Shown: positions 20,711-31,289, counted from the first letter of the stretch. The stretch is DNA of 58,927 nucleotides from Desulfobacterales bacterium (GCA_030688615.1 JAUYIZ010000236.1:1-58927), one strand, 5' to 3'. Notes: generated by a model from the sequence alone, not told the origin. Translations and numbers: made by a program.

Positions 20711-21199
20711 ATGGATTTTAAAACCATCGTCGTGCATCCTGAGAGATGCACCGGCTGCGGGGACTGCGAGATTGCCTGCGCGGCTAAAAGCAGCCAGATC
20801 ACCGGTCCCGGCAATTCCTGCATACGTGTGGTCAGTGAAAATGAGGCGGACAACTTTTTTCTTCCCACGACCTGTCAGCAGTGTGAAGAGCCTCTTTGTC
20901 TTGCCGCCTGTGCCAGCGAGGCGATTTATCGGGACGAGGCCCTGTACAGGATATTGATCCGGCGCGACAAATGTGTCGGATGCCGGATGTGCGTTTCCGC
21001 CTGTCCCTTCGGCGCCATGGGGTTTGATGAGCAACGGGGAAAAGCGTATAAGTGTGATCTGTGCGGGGGCGGGCCCGAATGCGTGAGGGTGTGCGGGGAA
21101 AAGGCCCTGGAATTCACCGACACGAGTATGATCCAGAAACCGATAATGCTGCAGGCTGCCTCCAGGCTGGCCGCGGTGATGCGGCCGCGGCCGTTTTAA
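20711..21199 (+). CDS. 4Fe-4S dicluster protein (DmsB/CooF-like, four cluster motifs)
   Basis: CTGCGDCEIAC, CQQCEEPLC, CVGCRMCVSACP, KCDLC...PECVRVC. Confidence 0.9.
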   Translation: MDFKTIVVHPERCTGCGDCEIACAAKSSQITGPGNSCIRVVSENEADNFFLPTTCQQCEEPLCLAACASEAIYRDEALYRILIRRDKCVGCRMCVSACPFGAMGFDEQRGKAYKCDLCGGGPECVRVCGEKALEFTDTSMIQKPIMLQAASRLAAVMRPRPF

Positions 21200-21219
21200 T
21201 CCGGAAAGGAAAGGCAATC

Positions 21220-21624
21220 ATGACCTTTTTCAGTGTCAATGAAAAATGCAACGGCTGTCTGGCCTGCGTTCAGAATTGTCCTGCCAGTGCATTAAATTAT
21301 ACGGACCGGGAAAACAGTCGCAGGATTTATCATAACATGTCGCTGTGCGCACGCTGTGGCAACTGCTGGCGAATCTGCCCGCAGGGGGCGATTGAATTTC
21401 AGCAGATGTTGCGGGGCCGGTGGGATGAGGTCGCGGCCATGGAGCTGGTCCGTTGCGGGGTCTGCAACGAACCGATTTATACCGCCGGGGCTGAAAAAAC
21501 GCTCACGAAAAAGATCGGCAGAAGTGTTGCGGCGCTCTGTCCCAGACATAAAAATACGGCTCCCATTGGCACCTGGAAGCGGGTCGCAGCCGGAAGAAGC
21601 GTTCCGGCAGGAGATGGAAAATGA
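21220..21624 (+). CDS. 2x[4Fe-4S] ferredoxin-domain protein
   Basis: ATG 21220 after RBS; CNGCLACVQNCP, CARCGNCWRICP, extra CxxC...CP. Confidence 0.85.
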   Translation: MTFFSVNEKCNGCLACVQNCPASALNYTDRENSRRIYHNMSLCARCGNCWRICPQGAIEFQQMLRGRWDEVAAMELVRCGVCNEPIYTAGAEKTLTKKIGRSVAALCPRHKNTAPIGTWKRVAAGRSVPAGDGK

Positions 21625-22295
21625 TTGTAGGAAGCCAGAAACCCTTGGAAGAAATCGTCGCATCCATTTCAACCTACCGTCAGGTGCTTGTTCTGGGCTG
21701 CGGAACATGTGTTTCCGTGTGTCTCACCGGCGGGGAAAGGCAGGCCCGGGCCCTGGCCGATTCGCTGATCCATGCAAACCGGAATGAAACCTGCCCGCCC
21801 GTTTTCAATGTAAATACCATCGAAAGGCAATGCGAGCGGGACTGGATAACGAATTTTCTGGAGGTTCCGGACCATACCGAGGCCATACTTTCCCTGGCCT
21901 GCGGCGCAGGTGTTCAGACGCTGGCAGATGTTTTTCAGGAATTGCCCGTCATTCCGGCCCTGAATACAACTTTCCTCGGGGCCTTGGATGAACCGGGCGT
22001 CTGGAACGAAAAATGCCGTGGATGCGGCGATTGTATCCTCAGCAGCACCGGGGGAATATGTCCAGTGGCGCGTTGTGCCAAAAAGCTTTTCAACGGTCCC
22101 TGCGGCGGATCCGTCAGGGGCAGATGTGAAATCAGCACCGTGATCGGAAGGGATGTCGATTGCGTCTGGCAACTCATCATTGAGCGTCTGGTGAAATTAG
22201 ACAAAATGGACGATTACCATAAAATCCGGTCGCCCAAGGATTGGTCCTGCGAAATCGCCACCGGTCCGCGAAGGCTGGTGCATTCGTCAACCTGA
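21621..22295 (+). CDS. metV: Methylenetetrahydrofolate reductase MetV-like subunit (MTHFR_C domain)
   Basis: GCGTCV.VC..GG, RQCE, LACGAGVQ, CRGCGDC...TGGICP..RC.K...NGPCGG. Confidence 0.8.
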   Translation: MIVGSQKPLEEIVASISTYRQVLVLGCGTCVSVCLTGGERQARALADSLIHANRNETCPPVFNVNTIERQCERDWITNFLEVPDHTEAILSLACGAGVQTLADVFQELPVIPALNTTFLGALDEPGVWNEKCRGCGDCILSSTGGICPVARCAKKLFNGPCGGSVRGRCEISTVIGRDVDCVWQLIIERLVKLDKMDDYHKIRSPKDWSCEIATGPRRLVHSST

Positions 22296-22321
22296 TAGAA
22301 CGCTCTTGATTTTCCGAACTG

Positions 22322-22522
22322 CTAAACCACGGTTACATTAGCTGCGGCGGGACCTTTCGGGCCCTGTTCGATATCAAAGGTGACCCGGTCGCCTTCATTT
22401 AGGGATTTAAAACCCGTGGCGTTGATGGCCGAATGATGAACGAAGACATCCGGCCCGTCTTCCTGTTCGATGAACCCGAAACCCTTCTGGTTACTGAACC
22501 ATTTCACAATTCCATTTGCCAT
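22322..22522 (-). CDS. Cold-shock protein
   Basis: [15 protein letters not shown]...DVFVHHSAI (RNP1/RNP2). Confidence 0.96.
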   Translation of the reverse strand: MANGIVKWFSNQKGFGFIEQEDGPDVFVHHSAINATGFKSLNEGDRVTFDIEQGPKGPAAANVTVV

Positions 22523-22585
22523 GGTGTTAATTTCCTTCTTCATGTAATAGTAGGACATTCAAACAAATGCCTGGATAATTCGGCC

Positions 22586-22614
22586 TATATACCCAACCGG
22601 AAATCGGATGTCAA
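22586..22614 (-). promoter_or_regulatory. Putative sigma70 promoter of csp
   Basis: TTGACA-N17-TATATA on minus strand, ~65 bp upstream of the ATG. Confidence 0.5.
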
Positions 22615-22629
22615 GCCCATTTTTAAAAA

Positions 22630-22664
22630 GCAGAATTCAGGAGTCAGGAGACAGGAGTCAGAAG
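22630..22664. repeat. Heptamer tandem repeat (CAGGAGT-like)
   Basis: CAGAATT CAGGAGT CAGGAGA CAGGAGT CAGAAGT. Confidence 0.7.
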
Positions 22665-22684
22665 TTGTACTTTTTACGAGGCCG

Positions 22685-25129
22685 TCAAATTTTTGCTTTG
22701 TACAGACGCAGACTGTTGGAAACAACCGAGATGCTGCTCATGGCCATGGCCAGGGCTGCCAGAATCGGATGAATCTGTTTTACAGCGTCCGGGAAGGATT
22801 CAAAGGGGGCCAGGATGCCGGCGGCTATCGGAATCAAGGCGACATTGTAAAAAAAAGCGAGGAAGAGATTTTGTTTGATGGTATTCATGGTCTTCCGGCT
22901 GAGGTTGATGGCTTTGGAAACCCCTGTTAAACTGCCGCTGGACAAAATGATATCACCGGTTTCAATGGCGACATCGGTTCCGGTGCCGATGGCAATGCCG
23001 ATATCGGCCTGGGCAAGGGCCGGCGCATCGTTGATCCCGTCTCCCACCATTCCAACTTTTTCCCCTTTTTGCTGAAGTTCTTGAATCTTTAAGGATTTTT
23101 CCTCCGGTCGTACTTCGGCAAAAACCTCGTCAATGCCGACCTGAGACGCCATGGCCCGGGCCGCCTGCAAATTATCACCTGTCAGCATAACAACCTTCAA
23201 CCCTTGCCGGTGCAGTTGAGCGACGGCTTCTTTGGATTCGGGCTTGAGCCGGTCCGAAACGGATATTAAACCCGACAGCCGATTTCCGCGAACCATGACC
23301 ATGACGGTTTGGCCGGCAGATTGAAAGGAATCGATAGAGTCTGTTGCTTGACTGATGTCGATGTTTAATTCATTGAACCACTTGGGTTTGCCCAGTTTAA
23401 CCGGGTGTCCATCCACGCGCGCCTCCACGCCGGAACCGCCCGTGGCCTTGAAATTTTCAGGATGCCACAGTTCAAGACCCTTGGATTTGGCTTCATTGAC
23501 AATGGCTTTTCCCAAGGGGTGCTCAGAACCCTGTTCCACGGAGGCGGCCAGTTTTAAAAATTTTTCCGGTGTCTGATACAATGGATCAAAAGAAATAATA
23601 TCCGCCACGGACGGTTTTCCGACGGTGATGGTGCCGGTTTTATCCAGAACGATCGTATCCAGGTGCGTTGCATTTTCGAGGGCCGCGCTTTTTTTAAAAA
23701 GAATTCCTCTTTCGGCCCCTTTGCCCGTGCCGGCCATGATGGCCGTGGGGGTGGCAAGGCCCAGGGCACAGGGACAGGCGATGACCAGCACGGCCACCAT
23801 CCGGATCATGGCCGGCACGAATTCACCGGTCATGCCCCACCAGAGCGCAAATGTCAGGCCGGCAATCCCGATGACGGCGGGAACAAAAATTGCCGAGATC
23901 CGGTCAGCAATGGCCTGTATGGGCGCTTTGCTTCCCTGGGCTTCCTGGACCATTTTGATAATTTGAGCCAGGGCGGTTTCTTTGCCCACACGGGTGGCTT
24001 TAAACTTCAAAAGCCCTTGCCCGTTTATGGTGCCGCCCACCACGGTTTCTCCCGGATGCTTGTCCACCGGGATGGGCTCGCCGCTCAACATGGATTCATC
24101 CACGGCCGACTCTCCTTCGAGCACTGCGCCGTCCACCGGGATCCGCTCCCCGGGGCGAACCATGAGGATGTCTCCCGCCTGGACACGGGTCAGGGGAATT
24201 TCCTGTTCAGATCCGTTCACCACGACGGTTGCCGTTTTGGGTTGCAGGCCGATCAGTTTTCGGATGGCGCCGCCGGTCTTGCCTTTGGTTCGGGCTTCGA
24301 GCAGCTTGCCCAGTTTGATGAGGGTTATAATCACAGCGGCGGTTTCAAAATATACGTGGGCTCGGCTGGAAGGGGAAAATAATACAGCCAGGGAATAAAA
24401 ATAGGCCACGGACGATCCCAGGGCGATCAGGACGTCCATATTGGCGCTTTGGTTCCGGATACTTTTAAAGCCCCCCACGTAATAATCCCAGCCGGTGTAG
24501 AACTGGACCGGGGTGGCCAGGACCCAGAACAGCCAGTTGACCCACGATGCGTGGCTCCACGGACCGATCAGAGCAAAGTCCCGTGACATGCTCAAAACAA
24601 ACAGCGGCAGAGAGAAAATAGCCCCGATGATGAATTTTTGCGTCTGATCTTTGATTTCCGCACGGCGGGCGGTCTGCTCGGCATCCTCCGAATCCAGCAG
24701 GTCATCCGGCAGGATGGCGTTGTACCCGGCCTTTTGAATCGCCCGGAGGATATCATCCGGGCCGGAAAGGGTCGGCAGGTATTCCACCGCGGCTCTTTCG
24801 GTGGCAAAATTGACCGAGGCGTTCAGAACGCCCGGCACTTTTCGCTGCAGCGCCTTTTCAATGTTTCCCGCACAATTGACGCAGGTCATGCCGGTGACGG
24901 GCAGGTCCATGCGCACCGCTGCGACGTCGTAACCCGATTTTTTTATCGCGGCCAGGATGTCCCGGATCGCGACCTGTCCGGGCTCAAAGGAAACCGTGGC
25001 CTGCTCGGAGGCAAAGTTGACGGCGATATTTTTAACGCCGTTTAATTTCTTGACCCCCCGCTCGATATTTTGTGCGCAATTGACGCAGGACATACCGGTG
25101 ACGGGGAGGGTGACGGTCTGGTCAGGCAT
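22685..25129 (-). CDS. copA: Copper-translocating P1B-type ATPase
   Basis: Two GMxCxxC HMA domains, CPC, DKTGT, SEHP, GDGIND, YN and MxxSS. Confidence 0.92.
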   Translation of the reverse strand: MPDQTVTLPVTGMSCVNCAQNIERGVKKLNGVKNIAVNFASEQATVSFEPGQVAIRDILAAIKKSGYDVAAVRMDLPVTGMTCVNCAGNIEKALQRKVPGVLNASVNFATERAAVEYLPTLSGPDDILRAIQKAGYNAILPDDLLDSEDAEQTARRAEIKDQTQKFIIGAIFSLPLFVLSMSRDFALIGPWSHASWVNWLFWVLATPVQFYTGWDYYVGGFKSIRNQSANMDVLIALGSSVAYFYSLAVLFSPSSRAHVYFETAAVIITLIKLGKLLEARTKGKTGGAIRKLIGLQPKTATVVVNGSEQEIPLTRVQAGDILMVRPGERIPVDGAVLEGESAVDESMLSGEPIPVDKHPGETVVGGTINGQGLLKFKATRVGKETALAQIIKMVQEAQGSKAPIQAIADRISAIFVPAVIGIAGLTFALWWGMTGEFVPAMIRMVAVLVIACPCALGLATPTAIMAGTGKGAERGILFKKSAALENATHLDTIVLDKTGTITVGKPSVADIISFDPLYQTPEKFLKLAASVEQGSEHPLGKAIVNEAKSKGLELWHPENFKATGGSGVEARVDGHPVKLGKPKWFNELNIDISQATDSIDSFQSAGQTVMVMVRGNRLSGLISVSDRLKPESKEAVAQLHRQGLKVVMLTGDNLQAARAMASQVGIDEVFAEVRPEEKSLKIQELQQKGEKVGMVGDGINDAPALAQADIGIAIGTGTDVAIETGDIILSSGSLTGVSKAINLSRKTMNTIKQNLFLAFFYNVALIPIAAGILAPFESFPDAVKQIHPILAALAMAMSSISVVSNSLRLYKAKI

Positions 25130-25239
25130 TCAATCACCTTATCTGTTTGACAAGATGGATAAAATAAGGGGACGAAAAACAAAGGGCGGGGTTTTCGTCG
25201 GGGACTGTTTGATTATGGGGCAATCGGCTGTCCCGGTGC

Positions 25240-26535
25240 CTATGAACTGTGAAAAAGATCTTTTTCCGATAAGATGGCCGTCAAGGTGCTATCATCCAGG
25301 TTCATATCCAGCAGCTGTTTCAGGGTCGCCATATGTTGCTGCAAGCGGGCCCTGTCGGTGGATGCGACATAGGACTCGGCCGGCAGCTTGATCTTGGTGT
25401 AATCCACCTGTTTGCCCGCCACCCAGAACTGAAAATCCAGATGCGCTCCGGTGGCCAGGCCGGTACGTCCCACATATCCGATGGTGTCTCCCCGGCGGAC
25501 CTTTTTCCCTGCCTTGATGTCGGCGCCGAAACGCGACAGGTGCGCATACTGGCTGGAATATGTTCCGCTGTGCCGGATCAGGACAAAATTGCCGTCGGTA
25601 TTGTTATAAATGGCCTTCAATACGACGCCGTCTCCCACGCTCATGACTGGGGTGCCGGCCGGGGCGACATAATCGATGGCCGGATGCTTTCGCCGTTCCT
25701 TTAAAATCGGATGTGGTCGGTCCAGGGAAAAACCGGAACTTATGTATCTATATTTCAGGGGAGCCTTCAGGAATGTTTTCGTCAGATTGTTGCCATTTTC
25801 ATCGAAATATCTGTCTCGATTTTTCTCCCTGTAATGATAGATATCATAATTTTTGCCGTGACGGGTCAATCTGGCAGATAAAATGGTTCCCACGTCAACA
25901 GGCTGGTTGCCGACGGTTTTCTCCTCGTAGATCAGTTTGATTTTATCCCCGGTCCGCAGATTCCCAAAATCAACGGTCCCGCCCAGAAGCGTTTTAGTCT
26001 GCAGGACAAGCTTGTTTACCAGGGCCTTGTGCGAGAGCGTCTGCCAGAGCGATGACTCAATGGTTCCTTCGGCAAAGCGGATAAAAGTTTTTACCTCTTT
26101 CTTGCCGGTATAAACCGCAACCGGGGATCTCAGATCAAACACGACATAATCCAGGTCGTTGCGTTCATAGATGAAATACTGCAATCCTTTTTTGGCGGCT
26201 GGATCAATGACGGCATGAAAAGAATTCCCGGCTATCATTTTCCGGACATTGAAAACCGCCGTTGATTTTACAGCGGCCGTGTGTATGACAGGGTAGGGCA
26301 CCTTCCACTGCCTCAGGATCTGTGCCAGGGATTGTCCCGGTTTCACGACACCGCGAATGGTCTTCATGCCGGCGGGAAGGGCGCTGGAGTTGAGGGAGAA
26401 CTGATCAATGACCGAAACCGGAGGTTGCGTTTTATTTTTGGTTTTTGGCGCTGCTTCCGCCCCGGGACGGCTAAACGACAGTAATAGAAGCAGAAAAAAT
26501 GGAAAAAAATACCGGCCTGTTTTTCTCGGTAGCAT
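25240..26535 (-). CDS. M23 family peptidoglycan DD-endopeptidase (MepM/OapA-like)
   Basis: Signal peptide from ATG 26535; HPAIDY, YAHLS, TGAHLDF; the ORF-track 5' extension lies inside a MITE. Confidence 0.85.
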   Translation of the reverse strand: MLPRKTGRYFFPFFLLLLLSFSRPGAEAAPKTKNKTQPPVSVIDQFSLNSSALPAGMKTIRGVVKPGQSLAQILRQWKVPYPVIHTAAVKSTAVFNVRKMIAGNSFHAVIDPAAKKGLQYFIYERNDLDYVVFDLRSPVAVYTGKKEVKTFIRFAEGTIESSLWQTLSHKALVNKLVLQTKTLLGGTVDFGNLRTGDKIKLIYEEKTVGNQPVDVGTILSARLTRHGKNYDIYHYREKNRDRYFDENGNNLTKTFLKAPLKYRYISSGFSLDRPHPILKERRKHPAIDYVAPAGTPVMSVGDGVVLKAIYNNTDGNFVLIRHSGTYSSQYAHLSRFGADIKAGKKVRRGDTIGYVGRTGLATGAHLDFQFWVAGKQVDYTKIKLPAESYVASTDRARLQQHMATLKQLLDMNLDDSTLTAILSEKDLFHSS

Positions 26536-26578
26536 AATTAAATCCGGAATCAGTTGAGAGTGAGCGGGAAAATGCGTC

Positions 26579-26720
26579 AAGACCTTTGCAAAACCCCCTA
26601 TTTTGCCCGATTTCTGTGTCAGGCTCAAATTTTAATCCTCAAAATACTAAATGTATTCCTCCGGTTAAAATTTTCGCCTTCCTTGAACTCGAACAAAATT
26701 TGACATTTTTCAAAGGTCTC
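26579..26720 (+). mobile_element. 142-bp MITE-like element, type B termini
   Basis: AAGACCTTTGCAAAA...TTTTCAAAGGTCTC; TSD GCGTC (26574-26578, 26721-26725). Confidence 0.9.
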
Positions 26721-27086
26721 GCGTCGTATAAGAAGCCCGGGAAAGGCCCTAAGACCCCGTAAACCCAATTTGCAGAATTTAGTAAAAATAAAAGTCGATG
26801 TCAATGATTAATTGAAAAAATCTGTAATACGGGCCCACGGCAAACATCAGCTTCCGTCACAGGGAATTTGACCCGGCATTATTTTCTTGACAAAACGGGC
26901 GGAATTTTTCTAAAGATACAAAATTGTTCCCAATTGAACTTCTGAACCTGGCGGACCAGATCTGCCTGAGAAGCTGATGGGTCAGAGTATCTTCCGCAAC
27001 CCGGATTTTGCGCATCGCGCTCTGCAAGTCACGGCATTCCCCAGCGGGATTCCGGCGAAAAACCTTTAGCATAACAGGAGACGGCC

Positions 27087-28181
27087 ATGAAAAGAAAAGT
27101 CCAGTTTTTAGTAAGCTTGATGGTGATGTTATTTGTCCTTTTGGGCCTTCAACCCGATGCGGCATTTTCATCTTCTCTGCGGGACGAAATGATCGTTAAA
27201 GCCAAAAAAGAAGGGACCCTGGTAATTGCCGGCAGTGTCGCCGACAACATCAAACGTGACCTGATAGGCTTCCAGAAACGGTATCCCTTCATCAAAATCA
27301 GGGATCTGGATCTGAACACCAAATCCGCCGTCAACCGGGTTTCCCTTGAGGCCAAGGCCGGACGGCTGAGCATAGACTGGGTGGGCATCAGCGAGGACGG
27401 CGCGGAGATATTTGTGCGGCGCGGCCTTAACGCTAAATATGAGTTCCCCCACCTGAAGGATTTTGTGCCGGGATCCCAGCCCCCTCACGGGATGTATGTG
27501 GGCGGCGCTGCAAACCTCAGGGTCCAAGGGGTCTATAACACGGATCTCATTAAACCCGAAGAGGTGCCCAAGTCCTGGGAGGAGATGACGGATCCCAGAT
27601 TTAAGGGCAAAACCATGTTTTCCCGGTCGGCCGAGGAGATTCCGGGCCGTTTGGCCTGGCTGTGGCGCGACAAGGACGGGAAATGGGACTGGGACCGGGC
27701 GTTCGATTTTTTCACCAGGCTCAAGGCCCATGACCCGGTCATTGCGAGCGGGTTCGTCAGCGGTACGAATCGGGTCGCCGCAGGCGAAGCGGCCATCTTC
27801 TGGTTCACTCCGCCGGGCCCTGCAGCCCGGATGGCCGTGCTCCAAAAAGCGCCGTTAAGCTTGATCGCCGTTCCCAAGTTCTTCGGTGGCCTTCGCGCCT
27901 GGAGTATTTTCAAGGCCACGCCCCATCCGGCTTCGGCGTGGCTCCTGACCGATTATTTAACCTCTCCTGAAGGACAGTTTGAGCTGACGGAAAGAATAAT
28001 GGGCTTTACGCCTCTGAATAAAAAGGCCCGACTGGGCAAGTTGGCCAATTGGATCGCCGAGCGCGGGGGCACAGTTGAAAACGTGGACTTGATCGATCTG
28101 AGTAAATTAGACGAGATCTACTCTGACGCGGTTCAGGAGAAATCAGAACAATTTTTCTTCAAGCTGCTGGGGCTCAGATAA
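27087..28181 (+). CDS. ABC transporter substrate-binding protein (Fe3+/thiamine-like cluster)
   Basis: Signal peptide; AKKEG, FQKRYPFIK, YNTDL...PKSWEE..DP.FKG, PHP.SA.L..DYL.S.EGQ. Confidence 0.85.
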   Translation: MKRKVQFLVSLMVMLFVLLGLQPDAAFSSSLRDEMIVKAKKEGTLVIAGSVADNIKRDLIGFQKRYPFIKIRDLDLNTKSAVNRVSLEAKAGRLSIDWVGISEDGAEIFVRRGLNAKYEFPHLKDFVPGSQPPHGMYVGGAANLRVQGVYNTDLIKPEEVPKSWEEMTDPRFKGKTMFSRSAEEIPGRLAWLWRDKDGKWDWDRAFDFFTRLKAHDPVIASGFVSGTNRVAAGEAAIFWFTPPGPAARMAVLQKAPLSLIAVPKFFGGLRAWSIFKATPHPASAWLLTDYLTSPEGQFELTERIMGFTPLNKKARLGKLANWIAERGGTVENVDLIDLSKLDEIYSDAVQEKSEQFFFKLLGLR

Positions 28182-28211
28182 CACCCTGCACCTGCAGCTT
28201 CTGGAAGGACA

Positions 28212-28640
28212 CTACTGAACCCTGCGCAGTCGATAAATGAAGGTATCGTCCCAATCCCCCAAGAGCAAATCCCCCTCGGCCGTCAAGCGCCTCACCATGA
28301 ATTTGGGGTGGGAAAATCCTCGCTTTTTCAGTTCCTTGATGAGTATCAGGACGCCTCCCTTGCCGATCCATCCGAAACTGGATTTGACAACCCTGTAGCC
28401 GTCGGTGAATTCTCCCAGCCGCTTGTCCGATATGGACGCCGTCGCATCGGCTGCAAAGCGCCAGATGACCTTGTCCGCCGAATAATCCTCTTTCACCTTG
28501 CCGCCGCTTTCAAACGAGAGCAGCTGCCACTCTCCGACGATTCCTTTGCGCACCTGTTCCGCAGTGAGATCGGCCGCAAAGGCAAATGATGGAAGCATGG
28601 CGATGACGGTTATGACCCAAAGAGCTGATAGCTTTTTCAT
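28212..28640 (-). CDS. Secreted hypothetical protein (lipocalin-like beta barrel possible)
   Basis: ATG 28640 with GGAGG RBS, signal peptide ending AFA, IVGEWQL motif. Confidence 0.6.
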   Translation of the reverse strand: MKKLSALWVITVIAMLPSFAFAADLTAEQVRKGIVGEWQLLSFESGGKVKEDYSADKVIWRFAADATASISDKRLGEFTDGYRVVKSSFGWIGKGGVLILIKELKKRGFSHPKFMVRRLTAEGDLLLGDWDDTFIYRLRRVQ

Positions 28641-28846
28641 TTCTGACCTCCCGAGTTTTTTTGAAAAGTTGCTGACTATATAAACGTATTTAAGGGCTTG
28701 CGCAAAAATGGCCATCTATGGATGGAAACTTTTTATTCAGCCGCATAAAACTCCAGACTCCTGTCTGGAGATGCAGCGGCTCGGCTGAAAGCCGCCAAGC
28801 TTGTTTGTTGGTGCTGAAGATGCCCCCGGCTCCTGCCGGGGGAGGG

Positions 28847-29884
28847 TCACTGAATTTCGATCCCCTCTGATATCAGGTTGAGCACCCGGGTTTTCTCTTC
28901 GGGAAATTTGTACCCTTCGTAGCTGTGGCTGAACAAGAGCCGACCGTTTCGATTGACCCAGTCATTACCGGCGTGGTCGAAACAGACCCGGGATGTGACA
29001 TCCAGCGTTTCTATCATAAGCTTCAGCTCGATTAACCTCTCCCGGGCTGACAGGAGCGTCAGCGTCCCCTTTTCGCACTCCTCATGGATCGGTGTATCAA
29101 GCCACGGTGAAAAGGGGCGGGACCGGATATAATGGGGATTGATGTCGTTTAATACCCGTGCGGTGTTCCTGGCATGATTCTGCCAGTCTTCCCTGCCCCC
29201 CAGGCCGGGCATCCAGTATTCAGACAGCTGAAAACCGGCTTTTATGGCCTTTCGGCCGCCCTCAATATGTTCCTGCGCGGTGACCCCTTTTTTTATTTTT
29301 TTCAACAGGGTCTCATCACCGGTTTCCAGACCCACATGCAGCCGGTCCAGACCCGCCTGCCGGATGCCGGTCAGTTCCTCCAGGGGTTTTCTGGACAGGG
29401 TTTTGGAACGGGCATAGGTGGTGCACCGCTCCAGAGACGGGAACGTGCTGCGAAGGTGCCTGAGCGCCTCCATCAGTTTGCCGCTGTCCATCATCAGGCT
29501 GTTGCCGTCCTGGAGAAAGGCGGTTTTTCCCCCGGACGAGAGCCAGTTGATCACCATGGCGAACCCGTGACTGGTGTTCAGCTCCGGTTCTTTTTCGATC
29601 ATGGCGAGGATCACATCCCGGCTGATCCGCCCTGCATGCCCGAGCGCCAGGGAAAGAGATTGCATGTCCCTGACCAGCCCGGCGATGGAGTCAATATCGC
29701 CCTGGATCTCCTCGAGGCTCCTCAGGGAGAATTTCTCGTGCTTGTACATGCCGCAAAAGGCGCATTGGTTCCACGGGCAGTTCCGGGTAAAGCGCAGCAG
29801 CAAAGAGGAGCTTCCCCCCTCGCTCGGCGGCCTGTACATTCCCACCTCGAAGGCATATTTCCCCATTTTCTCAAGTTCCATCAT
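28847..29884 (-). CDS. Radical SAM protein
   Basis: YRPPSE, CPWNQCAFC, GLETG motifs. Confidence 0.9.
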   Translation of the reverse strand: MMELEKMGKYAFEVGMYRPPSEGGSSSLLLRFTRNCPWNQCAFCGMYKHEKFSLRSLEEIQGDIDSIAGLVRDMQSLSLALGHAGRISRDVILAMIEKEPELNTSHGFAMVINWLSSGGKTAFLQDGNSLMMDSGKLMEALRHLRSTFPSLERCTTYARSKTLSRKPLEELTGIRQAGLDRLHVGLETGDETLLKKIKKGVTAQEHIEGGRKAIKAGFQLSEYWMPGLGGREDWQNHARNTARVLNDINPHYIRSRPFSPWLDTPIHEECEKGTLTLLSARERLIELKLMIETLDVTSRVCFDHAGNDWVNRNGRLLFSHSYEGYKFPEEKTRVLNLISEGIEIQ

Positions 29885-30597
29885 GCAAATCCCTTCTCCC
29901 TGGCACCGAAGCGGTTGTGATGCGCAAAGTCCTTCACATCGCGGCGCACCTGCAGATGCTTTGCCGGCCGGGAAACAGGATAGCCGAAACGGCAGGAAAA
30001 GGCGATGATAAGATCATGCGGGATCCTGAGGATCGTCTTTACTTCAGGCGCCGAACCGAGGGAGCTGACAATATGCAGGCCGATCCCCAGGGATTCGGCC
30101 ATGAGCCACATATTTTCCAGGGCGCAGCCCAGGCTGATTATTCCCAAAAAATCCCCTTCAGAAGCCGGGGCCCTTTTTCCGGGGTCATATACGACCACAA
30201 GCAGGGCGGGGCTTTCCGGCATGGGTCGCTGCAGGGACGCGGTCTCTTTTTCATCCGTTTGGGTCAGCCTGAAATCCGGGTTTCTCCAGGACGGCGGGAA
30301 CATGGTTGCCAAAAGCCCTGTTTTTTTCTTGGACAGCTCTTCTTCAGAAAATGACAGGTGCGGATAGTTTTCCCGGATGAAGGTTTCGGAAATCGGCCGT
30401 TTTATATTTCCAATGGCTTGCAGGATCTCTGGATCATCCACCACGATGATTTCAAAGTTCTGCATGTTGTGGGCCGTCGGCGACCATCGGGCCGCCTCGA
30501 GAATTTTTAATAAATCCTCCCGGGCAACAGGCCGGTCCGGGTCAAAAGGAACTCTCAAGGATTTTCTGTTCCGGATCAGGTTTAAAATATCCGCCAT
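29881..30597 (-). CDS. Nitroreductase family protein
   Basis: RKSLR.F, EAARWSPTAHNMQ, ENMWLMA.SLGIG; ATG 30597 with GGAGG RBS. Confidence 0.88.
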   Translation of the reverse strand: MADILNLIRNRKSLRVPFDPDRPVAREDLLKILEAARWSPTAHNMQNFEIIVVDDPEILQAIGNIKRPISETFIRENYPHLSFSEEELSKKKTGLLATMFPPSWRNPDFRLTQTDEKETASLQRPMPESPALLVVVYDPGKRAPASEGDFLGIISLGCALENMWLMAESLGIGLHIVSSLGSAPEVKTILRIPHDLIIAFSCRFGYPVSRPAKHLQVRRDVKDFAHHNRFGAREKGFA

Positions 30598-30772
30598 AAA
30601 AACCTCCCGTAAGGCAATCTCTGGACCAATCATCGCCATCCCGTCACGGATTCTACAACAATTGTCCGAATATTTCAAAAACTTATTTTTAAGCCGGTTG
30701 CCGGTGTTGAAAATCGATGTTGACAAAAAAATCCGCTTTGGTTATTTGAATTTAATGTCCAAAGGTGAAACA

Positions 30773-31267
30773 ATGAAAGAAAGGCTCAAGCTCACAGAGG
30801 TCTGGTTCAAGCTGGGCCTGTTTATACTTTTCGGACTCCTGTATTTCGTCTCCATGCCATATCCTGCTAAATCAAAACAATTTCCACAACTTATCGCCAT
30901 GATCAGCACGGCCCTGATCGTGATCTCCCTGGTTATGGATTTCACCCGCAAGCAGATTCTGACCGGGGAAATCACCGATGTGGGTGAGACCGAACTGAAG
31001 ATCGTTGACGGAGCAACCCGGAAGGTGAGAAGGGGAAGGTTCTATAAGGCCTGGGGCATCATTCTGATTTCTATGACCGCCGGGTTTTTAGGCGGGTTCC
31101 TTTTCACCACGTGCTCTCTTTTCATGGGCTTTGCCCTGGTTTTCGGGGAGAAAACCCGCAAGGTGCTATATAAAAACACCCTCGTCGCGATCGGGATGAC
31201 CGTACTTATTTATTTAATATTTCAACGGATCATGGGCGTTCCTTTGCTGACAGGAGCCTTCTGGTAG
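30773..31267 (+). CDS. Tripartite tricarboxylate transporter small membrane subunit (TctB-like)
   Basis: Several TM helices, ends F..IMGVPLL.G; upstream of tctA. Confidence 0.75.
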   Translation: MKERLKLTEVWFKLGLFILFGLLYFVSMPYPAKSKQFPQLIAMISTALIVISLVMDFTRKQILTGEITDVGETELKIVDGATRKVRRGRFYKAWGIILISMTAGFLGGFLFTTCSLFMGFALVFGEKTRKVLYKNTLVAIGMTVLIYLIFQRIMGVPLLTGAFW

Positions 31268-31289
31268 GATTGTTGGGGAGACGGTTTTT

